Shown here piece by piece: positions 47,535 through 59,898 of a stretch of 64,000 bases of DNA (positions are counted from its first letter, which is position 1; the number at the start of each line of letters is the position of its first letter). Below the pieces are notes generated by a model that was given only the letters and a program-made list of their open reading frames with translations, did no database searches and was not told where the DNA came from. The stretch is taken from contig CM052817.1 of NCBI GenBank assembly GCA_028534125.1, forward strand, positions 99,946,001-100,010,000, written 5' to 3'. The translations under genes and the position numbers were made by a program. This stretch comes from Lama glama. Taxonomy: Eukaryota.

Positions 47535-50500
47535 CTATTTTTTTTAAGAGATTCTTGTTTTTTAAGGTTTTAGTATCTCGACTGAATGTTAAATGCAAAG
47601 CTGCTTACAAAACTTTCTACTTGGAGACTTCCTGACGATACTTGATTGGTGGGGAGGGGGTTTCCTGGGCATCTCCTCTCTCGCCAGCCGGGTCTTCCCA
47701 CCTCCTGTCCCTAGAATGTACGTCTCAGAAGCAGGGTGCTCCTTTGGCAGGTCTTGGCTGCTGTCCCTCCTCAGAGGTTTTGGTCCTTCTCTCATCCCTC
47801 TGAGTCACTCAGTTTGCAGCTGAGGCCACACCAGGCGCATCCTGGGGCTCGGTGATGTCTGGAAGTGCCTGTGAAGAAGGCACGCCTGCTCCAGTGGCCT
47901 GCTGCCTTCTGGCTTCCGTTTTATAAAAGGGAAGAATGAAGATGGAGCGCCTCCTGTCTCCATCACAGGCACAGATCGTACGTCCCTTTGCATTTTACTT
48001 CCAAGACTTGTATTCCGCCCACCATGTGTTGCCTTATGGTGCGGGCTCGTCCACCGGTCCTAGCGCTCTGCCTGGGAAGTCAGATGCAGCTGGAGAGAAT
48101 TTGGAACGCAGGGAAATGTTCTTGTTGCTTGAGAGCTTTCTGTACTCAGAACATCACTACCTAAACACTGAAAATAGCCTTATCTTAGTCAGATTTGCAC
48201 AAAATGAAATATATCTATGCAAACTGTTACTTTGGTTTTAAGGACTTTGATCGATCTGATGAAGAAAGCATGGTGTCATATGCTTATGTGAGAAGACAAC
48301 CATCATTATTTTTTAAAGTGTTTTATGGAAAACAGACAATTATTTGTTAAACTATTTCATAGTGGGGTTTTCTGGGGGCGTTTGGAGTGGGGAAAGGGAT
48401 AGAGGTAAACAATACAATCTGTACAAACATCAGTAATTATTTTAAATTCTCTGCTTTTTCTAATATGTTGCACTTTGTAGAGAAACAGGAACTGTGCAGC
48501 CACTCTGGGGACAGGGATGTCAAGGAAACAGGTCGCAGGGAGCGCTGCCAAGCCAAGTGCCTGCTGGGGACGCGCTCCGCGCGGGAACGCTGCCTCCTGA
48601 GTAACGGGGCTCATTAGGAGGCCCCACCGTGATGTATTAGCGCCTCTGCCGCCCTGCAGCCTGCTCCAAGGGCATAATTATACTGAGGGCCACAGTCTCC
48701 TTAGGCCACCGAGAGGGGGAAACACACAAAATAATTGTGGGATAAAAAAAGACCATGAACAACTGATACGTGTGGATTTCGGATGCCACTCGTCTCTCTC
48801 GTGGGCAGGTGAGAAGCACAGAACTGGGATGAGCCTGCCTGTTGAGGGGACCTGGAAGCCCCCTCTGTCCCTGCTCTCTGTGGGCAGCGTTGCTGAGCCC
48901 CGGGGGCAGCCGCAGGTCTGCTGGTTGGGCCTCAGGAGCACAGGTTTGGTTTTCATCAGGACCTAGTGCAGGAGGGACATGGAGGAAAGAACCGCAGCCG
49001 AGACGCTGCGGAGCAGAGGCTGCCTTTTGTGCGTCAGGGATCTGGAGGCAGCTTTGTAAGGAGAGGGAGCGAGCCAGCGCCTGGATCGGAGCTCTGGGGG
49101 ACCTGGCCGGGGCTGGGCGGCTCTCGGGAGGCAGCCTCGCAGTGTTTCTGAGTCTCAGCAAGAAGCCAAATGTTCCAGTGCGCTGTACCTTTCTGACTTC
49201 AAGTTTGTCTGCCTTCAAAATTGGTTTGCCAGGCCGTGGTGCAGCAGCCAGGACGCATGGGGCCCGGGGACCAGCCTGCCCTCAGCTTCCCCGGCGCCCG
49301 CCTGTATTTGCACAAGTCTGTCGGAAATGAGGTTGGTGTAAGGAAGCGATCGGGAGAGGGGAGCAGAAAGATGGAGCTTCAGCTGCAATTGATTATCCTC
49401 CAACTTTGTTTCACACAAGTACTTACCTCCCTGTTTGGACTTCCCACGTATATAAGATGCTGAAGTCACATCTGGAAGCTGTGTTCTTCAGCTTTCTGGT
49501 CTGATTCACACGTCCCTCCACTATTTGGTGACAGTGTTGATTCTTCTTCTTGAGTCCATGTTGCTTTACTTAGAACAGCGAAGTCCCCTTTGTGGAAGGT
49601 GCCCTTAGGGAAAAGTATGTTTTCGAAGTAGGTACTGAAGTAGACTTGCTGTAAGGACAGAGTTGTCCAGGGTGAGAGGCAGGAAAATGAACTCCTGAGG
49701 TGGGGTGCAGGCAGCAGACTCAATGCTAACCCTCTGGAACTGGACACTGGTTCAGGTTTCCAAATGCGTTGCTGCCCTCTGCCAGAGGACTGTGTCCAGG
49801 GCTTTTCAGAATGGGGAATACACAATCGGGAACCAGTGAACGCACGCAGTCGAGGGAAACAGCCGGGCAGGTTAGGTGGGGACGGGTTGGGGGCGGTGTG
49901 GTCCTGCCAGACGAGAAACAGCAGAAACCTGAAGCTGAAAGGAGAGCAGCAAGTCCCGGGGGGCTGGAGGGATGGACGTGGATCCAGGCAGATGAGAAGA
50001 CCCCGTACAGCAGGTGGGTGGTGACGGGAATTCCGTGGTGGGTAAAATCATGGTAATGAAGTAGAATATTCTAGTCACAAATGGGTGATGCCCTTGGAAA
50101 AATCTTTTGTAATGAGTTGGGGGGAAATACTGAGTGATACTTGGCATGCTTTACAACGTCCAAGGGTGTGGCCACTTTTCCACGTGACAGACTCACGTGT
50201 AAGACGCTGCGCTACTGGTTGGAGGGGACACAGTGCAGCCCCTGAGGCTGGCGTCACTGTCTCAAGCCTGATGGTCCTGGGCAGTGAGGGTGAGTCAAGG
50301 GTTCCTGGAACATCCATCTTTAACCTTGATTCCTAATTCAGGGTCTGAGGTCAGGTTCTAGGAGTGAATTTTGCGGTTCAGGGTATATGAGAGCACTGGG
50401 ATACTTGAAATTGATTTCTGGAAATGACCAAGTAAATGTTTTTAAAATTTTAAAGAGATTCCAGGTTGAGTTTAGTCTAAAATACAATTTCATGGAGTAA

Positions 50501-53179
50501 ATTAGTTTCCCAGACATGAAATGGGAGTGCTGGAGTAACCAATCAGAGCTGTGACTGTATTAACAGATACTGCCTAACCCTGGTATTTAGAGGAATTATG
50601 AAGTGGTCCCCATTTTACTTAGTCTTATTTTGGAAAATACTTTGACGTGCTGGGGGTTTGGAATCGATGTCTCTGTCATGTTTAGGGATGAGGTATTCAG
50701 TTCTTCTGCGGGTCTTGAGGGGTCCTTTTTCCTCAACAAGTGGTTTCTGTTTAGATCTGATGTAGTTACTGATTTTTCAGTCCATTAAGACATCCTGGGG
50801 CCAGGGTGTTGTCAGAGAGCACCCTCTTTGGAGCAGAGTCTAGAGCTGGACATGTGCATGTTTGGGCTGCCTGTTCAATTGGGGCAGCTCGTGGTATGAG
50901 GGGTTGAAAGTCGTTTTTGCTGTCTCGGAATCAGCTTGGTTGCAGCAGTCAATGCTGGTGGATTTTCAGATGGGTTTAGAGGTTTAGGGTTGCGGATGGG
51001 CTGCCTGCTCTGAATGTATCAGGGTGTCTAGACTGCCTTCCTGTGGGAAGTGCTGCCCTGGGGTGGGGGGTGGGGACGTGTTGCTGGTGTGATGCTGAAT
51101 GTCCACAGCGCCCACAGCTCCCATGGAGGGGTGGGCGGTTCAGCATAATTGCTCATCACCAGCCTGTGTTTACCGAGATGGCTGTCAGCCCTGCCGTTCT
51201 CATGCAGCTTCACCGCAGGACACTTAGTACCGTGCGTGCCGCTGGGAGTCGCCGGCCGGGCCGGTGCAGTCCGTGGCTCCCATGCGTCTCGGGCAGCTCT
51301 GCAGCGTAAGCTCCTCCTGGACACGGCAGCCTCTGCGGCTGAGGCCACATCTGCTGTCAGTCATTAGGAAGATGTTCTCACTTCAACCATGTAAACCACA
51401 CAGCACTGATTCTCCATCAAAGTGCAGCTTAAAACAGGCCACAGGCAGACTAGTTTGTACTCCATTCTTAAATCATGTCATGGAGGAAACATTTTAAGAG
51501 AATGGAGTTGACTTTTTTCCCTTTCTTTGAATGACCATCATAAACCTAAGGCTTTGGAAAGAGCTCTTGGAAGACTAAGCGGTTTTCGGGATAATTTTGC
51601 CGTGTTCAGGTGTTCATTTGGCCAGTACTTGCTTTGGAGGACAGATTATCCTGGCAGCTCATTAACTGGACAAACAGGGCTTGAGGGAAAGGTTTCTGGT
51701 GATGTTCTGTAGGAACCAGAAGGACAGGAACGAAGCTCTTCGGCTTCTGCATGAGGCACCCAGGGCAGGGCCTGATTTGAGCGGGAGGCCCCTCCCTGCC
51801 CAGCTGTCATTGTAGATTTTGCTCCTGTCTCACAGCTCGTGAGTAAATCTGACCCACTGTCACCCACACAAGCACTGGGGACAAGTCTAGAAAAGGCCCA
51901 GCTATAAGGCTCCATTCTGCCCCGCAGCTGTTTAACAAGAGAGAATTTGGTGTTGACAATGCTACTTAGACGATCTTTGCTAAGCTGTCTGACTATGGGA
52001 GACAGCGAGGGTGGACCACCAACCAGACGTTTGCCATCTCACCATCAAGTGTCCACTCTGTTCACAGATAACCCACCAGTGCATTTGTCTAAAATCCACT
52101 GAAGAGGCACGGCCACCATTTCCATGCTGCTTTTGTTAGTGGGTGGATAACAGGGCCTTTCAGATAGACTTAGTGGCTTCTTCCAAATACTCACTATGTG
52201 GAATCCTTGAACAGATGCAGCTACGTTGAGTAGACATGAAAAGGACAGCACAGTTTGTGGGTCATGGCCATACGCTATGTACTGAATTAACCAACCAACT
52301 CTAGGAGGGTGTTTACTTTAAAAAAAAATTGATAGCCTTCTTCCAGATTAGTGATAATTACAAAAACAGGGGGCGTGGGAGGAGCCCAGCAAAAACACCC
52401 TTGATGTAAATGATGGTGAGTTTTTTCCCTAAAAGATGGGAACAGACGTTCACCTTGATGTACGAGCCTGGACCGAATCAAGAAGCTCCGTCCTAGACCC
52501 AGACATCTGGAACTTAAAAGCCTCGTGGTTGGCGGCACCCACTTCTCACACTCGTATAAGGGGCTCCTCGTCCATTGATTTGGTTTTGTAAACTTTTACA
52601 AAAACTTACTCTATGCTGGAAGCATGCTGGGTGTTACGGCTGCCACTCCATCCCTCCCAGCAGAACCATCCAACCCCTCAGCCGACCCCCTGCTCAAGCA
52701 ACACCACACACGGTCTGAGCCTGACCACGCGGAGCTGGTCCGGGCTCCCCTGGGGAGCACCAGTCCCCTCCCAGCCTGCAGGTGCGTGGATTCCAGTGAC
52801 AGATGACAGCGGCTTCACCTGTGGTGCCAACTCATCCATTTTAAGGAGATTTCCCCAGAAAAGCAGAGAACCAGACTAAATTCACACTCGTGCAACAATG
52901 TATTGTAATTTGTATTTCACTGAGGCCCGTTTACAAGCAGAGTGACCCTCTGTGACTTTCTTAGGGTGTTGTATGAACATACAGTTTGACTATCCGGTCA
53001 GGTTCCAAGTCAGATATCTGAGCTGTGCTTTGATCCCCTCCGGCTGCCCCCACCTTTCTTTCTATTAGCAGTTACAACACAATCTGATTTCTAGGATTTC
53101 AGAAGCGGGCATTCAGGACGGCAGGTAGTTGTCAACAAGAGCTGGATGACGGCATTATGAAGATCAAGGACTTAAAGCT

Positions 53180-53335
53180 TTTCTTTATTAACTGAGGTGA
53201 CATTGGTTTATAACATAAATTTCACATATGCAACACTGTATTTTGACTTCGGGATACACTACAGTGTGCTCACCACCAAAGGCTGAGTTTCCATCTGCTG
53301 CCATACGGCTGACCCCTTTACCTGTTTTGTCCCCA
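53180..53335 (-). mobile_element. L1 3'-end fragment inside the putative FHIP1A 3' UTR
   Basis: ttattaactgaggtgacattggtttataacata...tacactacagtgtgctcaccaccaaagg. Confidence 0.6.
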
Positions 53336-54494
53336 GCAGTGGCACTTTTCTTGGGGAGTGATCCGTCCCTAACACAGTTTACACTGGACAGAATATTGTG
53401 GCAAATGGTCATCTAGCTGCCCCCCCCCCAGCCCCCATTTACGTAGGCCTTGATTTAAAGTCTGGAAAGATTGTCCAGGGCCTTCTGTAAGGTCTGATGA
53501 CCAAGAAGGCAGACTTTGGTGAAAACAGAGTTTGTGAAACAAAACTGAACCTCATCACTTCTTACAAAACCATTCTCCCGCCAGATCCCAGTCTCAGACC
53601 GCCTTCACCCGTTTGTAACTGAGAGTCACGGCACAAGGAGATGGAACTCACTCTGCCTTCTCTCTCAAAAAGGGGTTTGAGGAAAATATTTTACTTTTAG
53701 GCCCAGTAGTTTTGAGCATTGCAACAGAATGTGTGAGGGGCACATGGCTTCCTGGGCGATGTAACGTATTCTCTTAACACTTCTAAGGCACGAATCTTTT
53801 TAAAAGTCAAATAAAAAAAAAAAAACCAAAAAAACCTTACCTCTTCATGCTTGTCAAAAAGAAACCACACAACAAGGTTCCTTCCTGGCCATGCTCTTCC
53901 GGCTGGGTAGGAGGGACACGGCTCTCATCACTCCTAGTCAGGGAAGTCCGAGCGTCATCTGCAGCCCAGGAGCCAAGAAGGCCTACCTTGCTATGTCCCC
54001 AGCTGCCACTGGAGCGCCATCCGTGATGGAAATGTTTGTACTCTTAGCACAAGAGAGTATTCACTGCAAATCAGGGCCTCCAAAGATTTTTTGTTCTCTT
54101 AGGTCACAATTTGACATGTGCTTTAAAAAGAAACAAACCATCCGCAAAACTGGGCTTCAGGCGTTGTTGAGTCTGAGGTAACAAAAGCAGGCAGTGAACA
54201 AAGGGGCACCCTGGTGCGACAGACAGAAATAGTATTATTGTCATGAGAACAGGGGTGAGGGCAACCCAGCCTTTGTGGACTTAAACTGTTAACTGCACCA
54301 CAGTTACTGTTAAAGGTCAAGATTTTGACATACTAGTTTTATCATCATCTTTTCAGGCAAAACAAATAAGTTTAATGTTAACAGCTTTTTTTTTTCCTTT
54401 TTCTGGTCTGAGGGTTGGGAGGGGGGTTGTCAACTGCACAATCTTTGACATGTAAGTTAATTTTTTATGTGATATTTCAGTATATATTTTATTC

Positions 54495-54500
54495 ATTAAA
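54495..54500 (+). terminator. Candidate distal poly(A) signal (ATTAAA) for FHIP1A
   Basis: ATTAAA with U-rich and TGTA-containing sequence upstream and a GU/U-rich element about 20 nt downstream. Confidence 0.5.
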
Positions 54501-54551
54501 TTTACTTGAAAACTCCTGTTGTCTTTTTTACCCCCCCCCCAAAAAAAATCA

Positions 54552-54557
54552 TTTATT
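54552..54557 (-). terminator. Candidate poly(A) signal (AATAAA on the - strand) for GATB; a second copy lies at 54488-54493
   Basis: TTTATT on the + strand about 520 nt downstream of the GATB stop codon. It is the first canonical hexamer I found after that stop. Confidence 0.55.
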
Positions 54558-55073
54558 CTCAGACCTCTGCCTTCGGGAATCCCTGGGGAGCTGAACGGGC
54601 ACCATCACTTTTACTCTGTGTGGGTGAGCACCACCCACTCCCGGTACCAAGGCTAATGCCCTCCCTCCGCGCCCTCAAGGAGAGCTCCACAAACAAATGT
54701 GTGATTTCTTCTTCATTAACCTATTTTTAGGTTTAAATTACTGCATCCAGATCACAGTCTCTTCACCACCCCTCACCCCCACCACAATGTCTGGCCCTTA
54801 GGATGTGCTTAAATATATTTGTTGAGGAGGCTGCAGAATGAAATGTTCCCTGAGGCTGGTGACCGTATCTGGAACAGCGTGTCTCAACGAGCGCAGTGTC
54901 ACTAAGCACTAGAACGTGCTCTGTCTTAGCCGTGGTTGCACCTCACGGAGCCATCCTGATGTCAGTGGAGCAACAGCCAGAGGCCTGGTCTTCTGTGGAG
55001 GCAGCACTTCGGCGCAGGTGTGGCGTCAACTCTTGGGGTGGCACTGTCCTCCCTCAGGCCAGGGGTCTGGCCA

Positions 55074-55202
55074 TCACCCCGACAGCTGCCTCTCCAGGAC
55101 ATCCTTGATCGCAGTGGGGTCTGCTCGGCCCAGAGTCGCTTTTCGGACCAACCCAATTAGTTTGTTTATCGCTCTGGGGTTTCCTTTCTTTAGATCCATC
55201 AC
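55074..55202 (-). CDS. GATB: GATB (PET112) terminal coding exon ([42 protein letters not shown])
   Basis: On the - strand: acceptor tgtcttcaaag|GTG and stop TGA at 55076-55074; 129 nt. It has the GatB/Yqey C-terminal motif ([14 protein letters not shown]). Confidence 0.93.
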   Translation of the reverse strand: MMDLKKGNPRAINKLIGLVRKATLGRADPTAIKDVLERQLSG

Positions 55203-56500
55203 CTTTGAAGACAGAAACCGTCTTAGAGGAGAAAAGAAACTCTTGTCTGAAAATCCTAAATCAGGTTCACGTTCACTGAAACTTACATTCAGTTACTTTT
55301 TTTCTCTGAGACTTAGATACAGAATGAGAAAAGACAAGGGGAAGGCGTGAACTTCGGGGGAGGTTTCTGGGCTCCTGGCACAGGAGATATTTGCTACCTT
55401 GCCTTCTTATTAAAAGGGACTGAGGATGGTGACATATCACACTGAGAAGCTGGCATGCAGGATGCCCCTCCTGGGCGATAATGAGCCCCCTCACTAATCC
55501 TCCAGTGGGGTTCAGCAGGCTCCCCCCCAACTCCTGGCTGAGAAGCTCATTTACTAGCAGACAGACCCACAAAAGGCCAGCTCTCGGGAGCATCTGGGTG
55601 TGGGAGTGGGAGTAGGGGTGCCCGGTGGGCAGGACGGGATGCGGGGCAGGGGCATGGAGTGCCTGTCAAACAGCCACCGCGTCAGGGCCTCCCGCCCGAC
55701 CTCCTGCTCTGCTGTGTCCGGATGGGCAAAAGCGTCTCCGAGTATCTGCACTCGGCACTGCAGAACGAGTCTGAAACTAAAAGTGTCTTTATCAGTCACT
55801 CCAGATGAGGCAGGAAGATGGAGATTGCCGGGCCCCAGCGCAAGCTCATTTTCCTTATCGAGAGCTCTTTACAGAGCTGTTAGTGTCTCCCGCAAGCTGA
55901 TGGGTGGGTGGTATCATTCTGAAAGGGAGGCTAGCCATTTTTCCCCACTGAAAAACATCTCTGGACAGTGTGATTAGACTCAAGGAGGGAGGGGTGCTCC
56001 TCATTTTTACCTTTTCTGCTTTGTTCTATGCTCAGAACACAAAATGACTTGATTTTCAGCTATGTTCCTGTCAAGGATTTTCTCCATAATTTACAAATAA
56101 TTTTCCCTTCTGCCTTTCTTCCCACCTCTCAAGGGCATGAAACTGAAGTGTTCCCTCTTTCCCCTCTCTGCAGCCCTGCCTGCTGCTTTAGGATAGAGAG
56201 GTCCTCCTATAAAGCAGAGTGCCCCAACCCTGGGATAGGACGCAGGCCTGGGAGGTGCAAACTTGCTAACACCCCCTTTAACCTAGACTCCGTGAGACTG
56301 AACTCTGGGGTGGATTTTCCTTCCAGGAAAAGCTGTTCTTTTCCAGTATTCACCTAATTTCATCTCTTCACCTTAGCTAAAAACTGACAAAAATAATTGG
56401 GGATTATGGACCATTATTAGGAGGAGCCTCTGGGCTCGGGAGGGCGGAGCCGCTCCGGCCGCGAAGCCCCGCCCCCCACCCCGCCCGCGGTGCTGGGTAC

Positions 56501-56635
56501 CACTTGAGGGTGGGCCTCCATCGTGGCGCGGCAGAGCTGCTCCAGCGCCTCGTCATCCCGCATCAGCTCCAGCTGCTTTTCTGCCACGATCTGGGCTGGA
56601 GTCTTCCCTTCGCTCCTCCACAGCTCCTCAAACAC
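56501..56635 (-). CDS. GATB: GATB penultimate coding exon ([45 protein letters not shown])
   Basis: On the - strand: acceptor ggccgtag|GTG and donor GTG|gtaccc; 135 nt, phase 0/0. It lies within ORF 56417..56635 and belongs to the GatB helical tail domain. Confidence 0.94.
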
Positions 56636-58254
56636 CTACGGCCAGAGGGGGAGGAGTCAGCTCTTTCGCCGGCTCCATCTGCCGGGGCAGCAGAGCGGGA
56701 GCCCCAGCTGTGCGCAGACCCACCCCGAGCCCCACGTGCTGAGCTGCTCCCTCGGAGCACGAGGCTGCCAGCGGAGACGGATGGTCCTCCCCACTCACTG
56801 ACTCAACTGGCACAGAAGGGAGGGGCAGGGAGGTGTGAGGACATGATTACTCGCAGGGCCCCTGCTGACATGACGTCCACTGAATTAATTAATTGAGGAG
56901 ACATTTTGGTGAAGGATGCAGGAGGTGACCAATGCACTTAGATGAAGTCATGACACTCAGCCTGCTGGGAAAAGTGATTTTAGTGGGGCGAGAGAGTGGC
57001 CTGTAAAGAGGATACAAAACGCAAAATAACTAAAAACATCAATCACAATCCACAGGGGCCCCAGGCTTCCCATATCTACCCTCTAAGTGGCCCTGGACCT
57101 GAATCTGACTACACTAATCCTCAATTAACAGTGTGGGTATTTTTCTACTAAAAACAACAACAACAACAAAAAACTTAATAAAGGTGGAAAAAAGGAAGAC
57201 AGTTTTAGGGGTTCCGCAGGGCAGCTGTCCTCACTCCTCCTGTCTGTCCAGTGTGGGCCGGAAGGGAGGGTTCCTGCTAGCCTCTGCAGCTCCTCCTCCA
57301 TCTCAGTCCATCCCAACCAGCAGTCAGTACCTGCACTACGACATTGCTGGCCAAGTACTGGCCAGCAGGAGTCACCTGGCCTGGGGAACAGGCCATAAGG
57401 CTTCAGCTCAGCTGCCGGAGGCCCACAGTGACCCTGGCCCAGAGGCATTCCTCTGAAAGCTTCCCCCGCCCCCAGGGTGCCCCCTGGCTGCACACAGAAA
57501 AACTTGTTGCTTTTTTAAAGAAAAATACAGAACACAGGTGCCTCCAACTCAACTCCTCAAATGTTTATTCAGCCGATGATGAGTAAGGCACCCAGGAGAC
57601 AGGGCACACAAGCAGGTAAGAACTCTCCCTGCTCTCCACAAGCTCACGGATGGCATGTCAGTAGCAAGGGGACCGGGGCACAGAACAGTCTGTAATGCAG
57701 ACTGGACCCCGGGAGCCAACAAGTCTAAAGGGCTTCTCTTTCCCCAATACAGATACATTTGCTCCTCTTGAATTAAGGCCTAGAATTTAAAAACACTGTT
57801 CCTAATTGTAAAAGTTAACACGTCACTCTAGAAAATGAGTAAATATAGCATAGACAAAGAGAAATCACGGGATTCCCATGCGCTAGAGAGAACCCATGTT
57901 AGTATTTTGGTGTTTTCCCTTCCCATCGGTTTCTGTTTTGTAACGTAGTTGTGATCGCAGCACATAAACAGTTTGTAACCTGCTTCCGTTTCACTTATTA
58001 CAGAAGCACTTTCTTATATTAATACAAAAAATAATCTTAATATCCATCAAATGTACTCATCATAGTTTAATAAAATGACCCCTACTGGCAGGTATTTAGA
58101 CTTCGACCAGTGTTTATTTTGTTCATCTGCAAGGTCTCCTAAAAAAGTTCCTAGTGGAAAATGTTCAACATCCAGGAAGAGAGAGTAGAGATTTCAAGAG
58201 AGGTCCAGATCTCTGGCTCATAACAAATCACCTGCAAGGACTTGCTGATAAAGA

Positions 58255-58414
58255 ATCTGTGCAGCCAGGGAACTATATTCAACACCTCATAATGGCCTAT
58301 AATGAAAAGGAATATGAAAGGGAAGATATATATATATCTCTCAATCACTATGCTGTACACCAGAAACTAACATAAGATTATAAACTGACTATACTTCAAT
58401 AATAATAATAATAA
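58255..58414 (+). mobile_element. Short L1 3'-UTR fragment with an (AAT)n tail
   Basis: cagggaactatattcaacacctcataatggcctataatgaaaaggaatatg...atgctgtacaccagaaactaac...taaactgactatacttcaataataataata. Confidence 0.8.
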
Positions 58415-59154
58415 TGAAGAATCTGTGCAGCAACTCTTTACAGGAAAGCCTGGCAGACGTGGACACTGCTGGTGGCCCGGGCCTGCGAGCCAGCGGGCCT
58501 GGCAGTCATGTGGCTGACAGTGCAGAGCAGAGCCGAGCTGACCGCTCAGGGGTCAGCTGCCTGGCACCCAGCATAGCTGGGACCCAACAGGCCCAAACAC
58601 TGGTTGGATCTGCCTGAGCCAAAATAACCAGAACAGAGGCGAGGTGAGACAGCTAAGGCATCACGGCCAAGCCACACCACTCAGCAGGACAAGCAGGACG
58701 GCGCTGGGACAGATGCTTTTACATGCAGAGGCTGGCTGCTCCCTGAGAGGGGCTGTTTAGGGTTAGGGGACCAAGGAGTGACGCTAGGGAAGCAAACGTC
58801 AGCAGCCTCCAGGGACAAATGCCTGGTAGCGGGAGTGTCCTCTATTCCCGGAGTTAGGATGACCAGCTTATTAACTTCCCAAATTAGTCAAGTGCTGTCA
58901 CAGCCCAGCCCCAGCCCCTGGCCCCTGGGCTGACACAGAGGATTCCAGCACCCAACCCTCCGCTTATTCCTATTTAAGACACAGATCGTGCACTCCTGGC
59001 TGGAACCCAGCAGGGTGGCAGCCAGTGAAGGGGGCCAGCTGTCTCCAGGCCAGGCTCTGCAGGCTCCTCTGGCCCCCTTGCAGCAAACACAATGTGGCAC
59101 AGATCCTCAGCTCTGTCTGCCTTCAAAGCCCCACCCCGGGAAGTGCTATGCACC

Positions 59155-59898
59155 TGCAATGGTTTCTGGCCCAGCCTGCAGCCACCCACCCAAGACAGAC
59201 CTATAACAAAGGGTTCCTGGTGCAGTGCTGGTCATGTGTGCTAATGAGTGGCCGCCAAGAGTGGGGGGCAGTGCAAGCAGGGACCCCTGGTTGAGGCGGG
59301 AAGCCCCAAGGAAAAAACAGGCAGGGACCCCAAGCAGGGCCACTACTCTCGTGCTGGCACCATCCAGTTCCCTGGCCCAGAGGCTCTATCTCACTTTTTG
59401 CTTCTGAAACAGCTTATTTACCCCTAAAATTCTATTGGTTCCCTGAGCTCACTTCCGATTGGTTATTTCCTTCACTCCTGATTGGTTATTACTCTCACTT
59501 CTGATTGGTCCACTTCCCTAACTTCTGATTGGTCCATTTGTAGTACTTCACTTGCATGGAGCTCACTGATTGGTTATTTCTCTCACTCCTGATTGGTCCA
59601 TTCCCCTCACTCCTGATTGGTTATTTCTCTCACCCCTGATCGGTCTATTTTTACAAAGCTTGTTCCTGGTTGGTCAACTTCTGTTATACTTTATTTGCAT
59701 ATGATGTTGCAAAGTGTAAAACAGGCAGCCTATAAAGGCCTGTGTAAACCTACAGCCGGGGTCCAGAGCTTGGAGTGTTAACTACTCTGGGCCTGCTGGC
59801 CTAATAAACCTGAGTTCTCCAACTCTCCGAGTGCTGCTTGGTCTCTCGCCTGGATGCAGGTTGCTGTCACAACTGAGCTGTAACACCGCGCTGTAACA
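59155..59898 (+). mobile_element. Solitary ERV LTR in a GATB intron, antisense to GATB, with a tandem CCAAT-box array
   Basis: Starts TG (tgcaatgg) and ends ...ctgtaaca (exact end 59885, 59898 or 59913 uncertain). In order: U3 repeat array 59430-59675, ATTTGCAT 59693-59700, TATAAA 59731-59736, AATAAA 59803-59808. Confidence 0.8.
59430..59675. repeat. 23-24 bp tandem repeat (cactcctgattggttatttctct-like) within the LTR
   Basis: ATTGG at 59434, 59458, 59481, 59504, 59528, 59569, 59592 and 59616, with degenerate copies at 59639 and 59669. Confidence 0.9.

Larger units (their letters stand above)
47535..54520 (+). other. FHIP1A: Putative long FHIP1A 3' UTR (end point uncertain)
   Basis: Follows the stop codon and has AU-rich UTR-like blocks at about 48180-48480 and 54330-54500. 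Candidate poly(A) signals are AATAAA at 53810-53815 and ATTAAA at 54495-54500, the latter followed by a GU/U-rich tract (ctgttgtctttttt). Confidence 0.5.

Noticed and set aside
48637..49330. 193-aa (-) and 162-aa (+) ORFs downstream of the FHIP1A stop
   Set aside because: GC-rich UTR sequence with no recognisable domain or coding-like composition.
59430..59675. CRISPR-like array of regularly spaced 23-24 bp units
   Set aside because: The units are contiguous tandem repeats with no unique spacers. They lie inside an ERV LTR in mammalian DNA with no cas genes.
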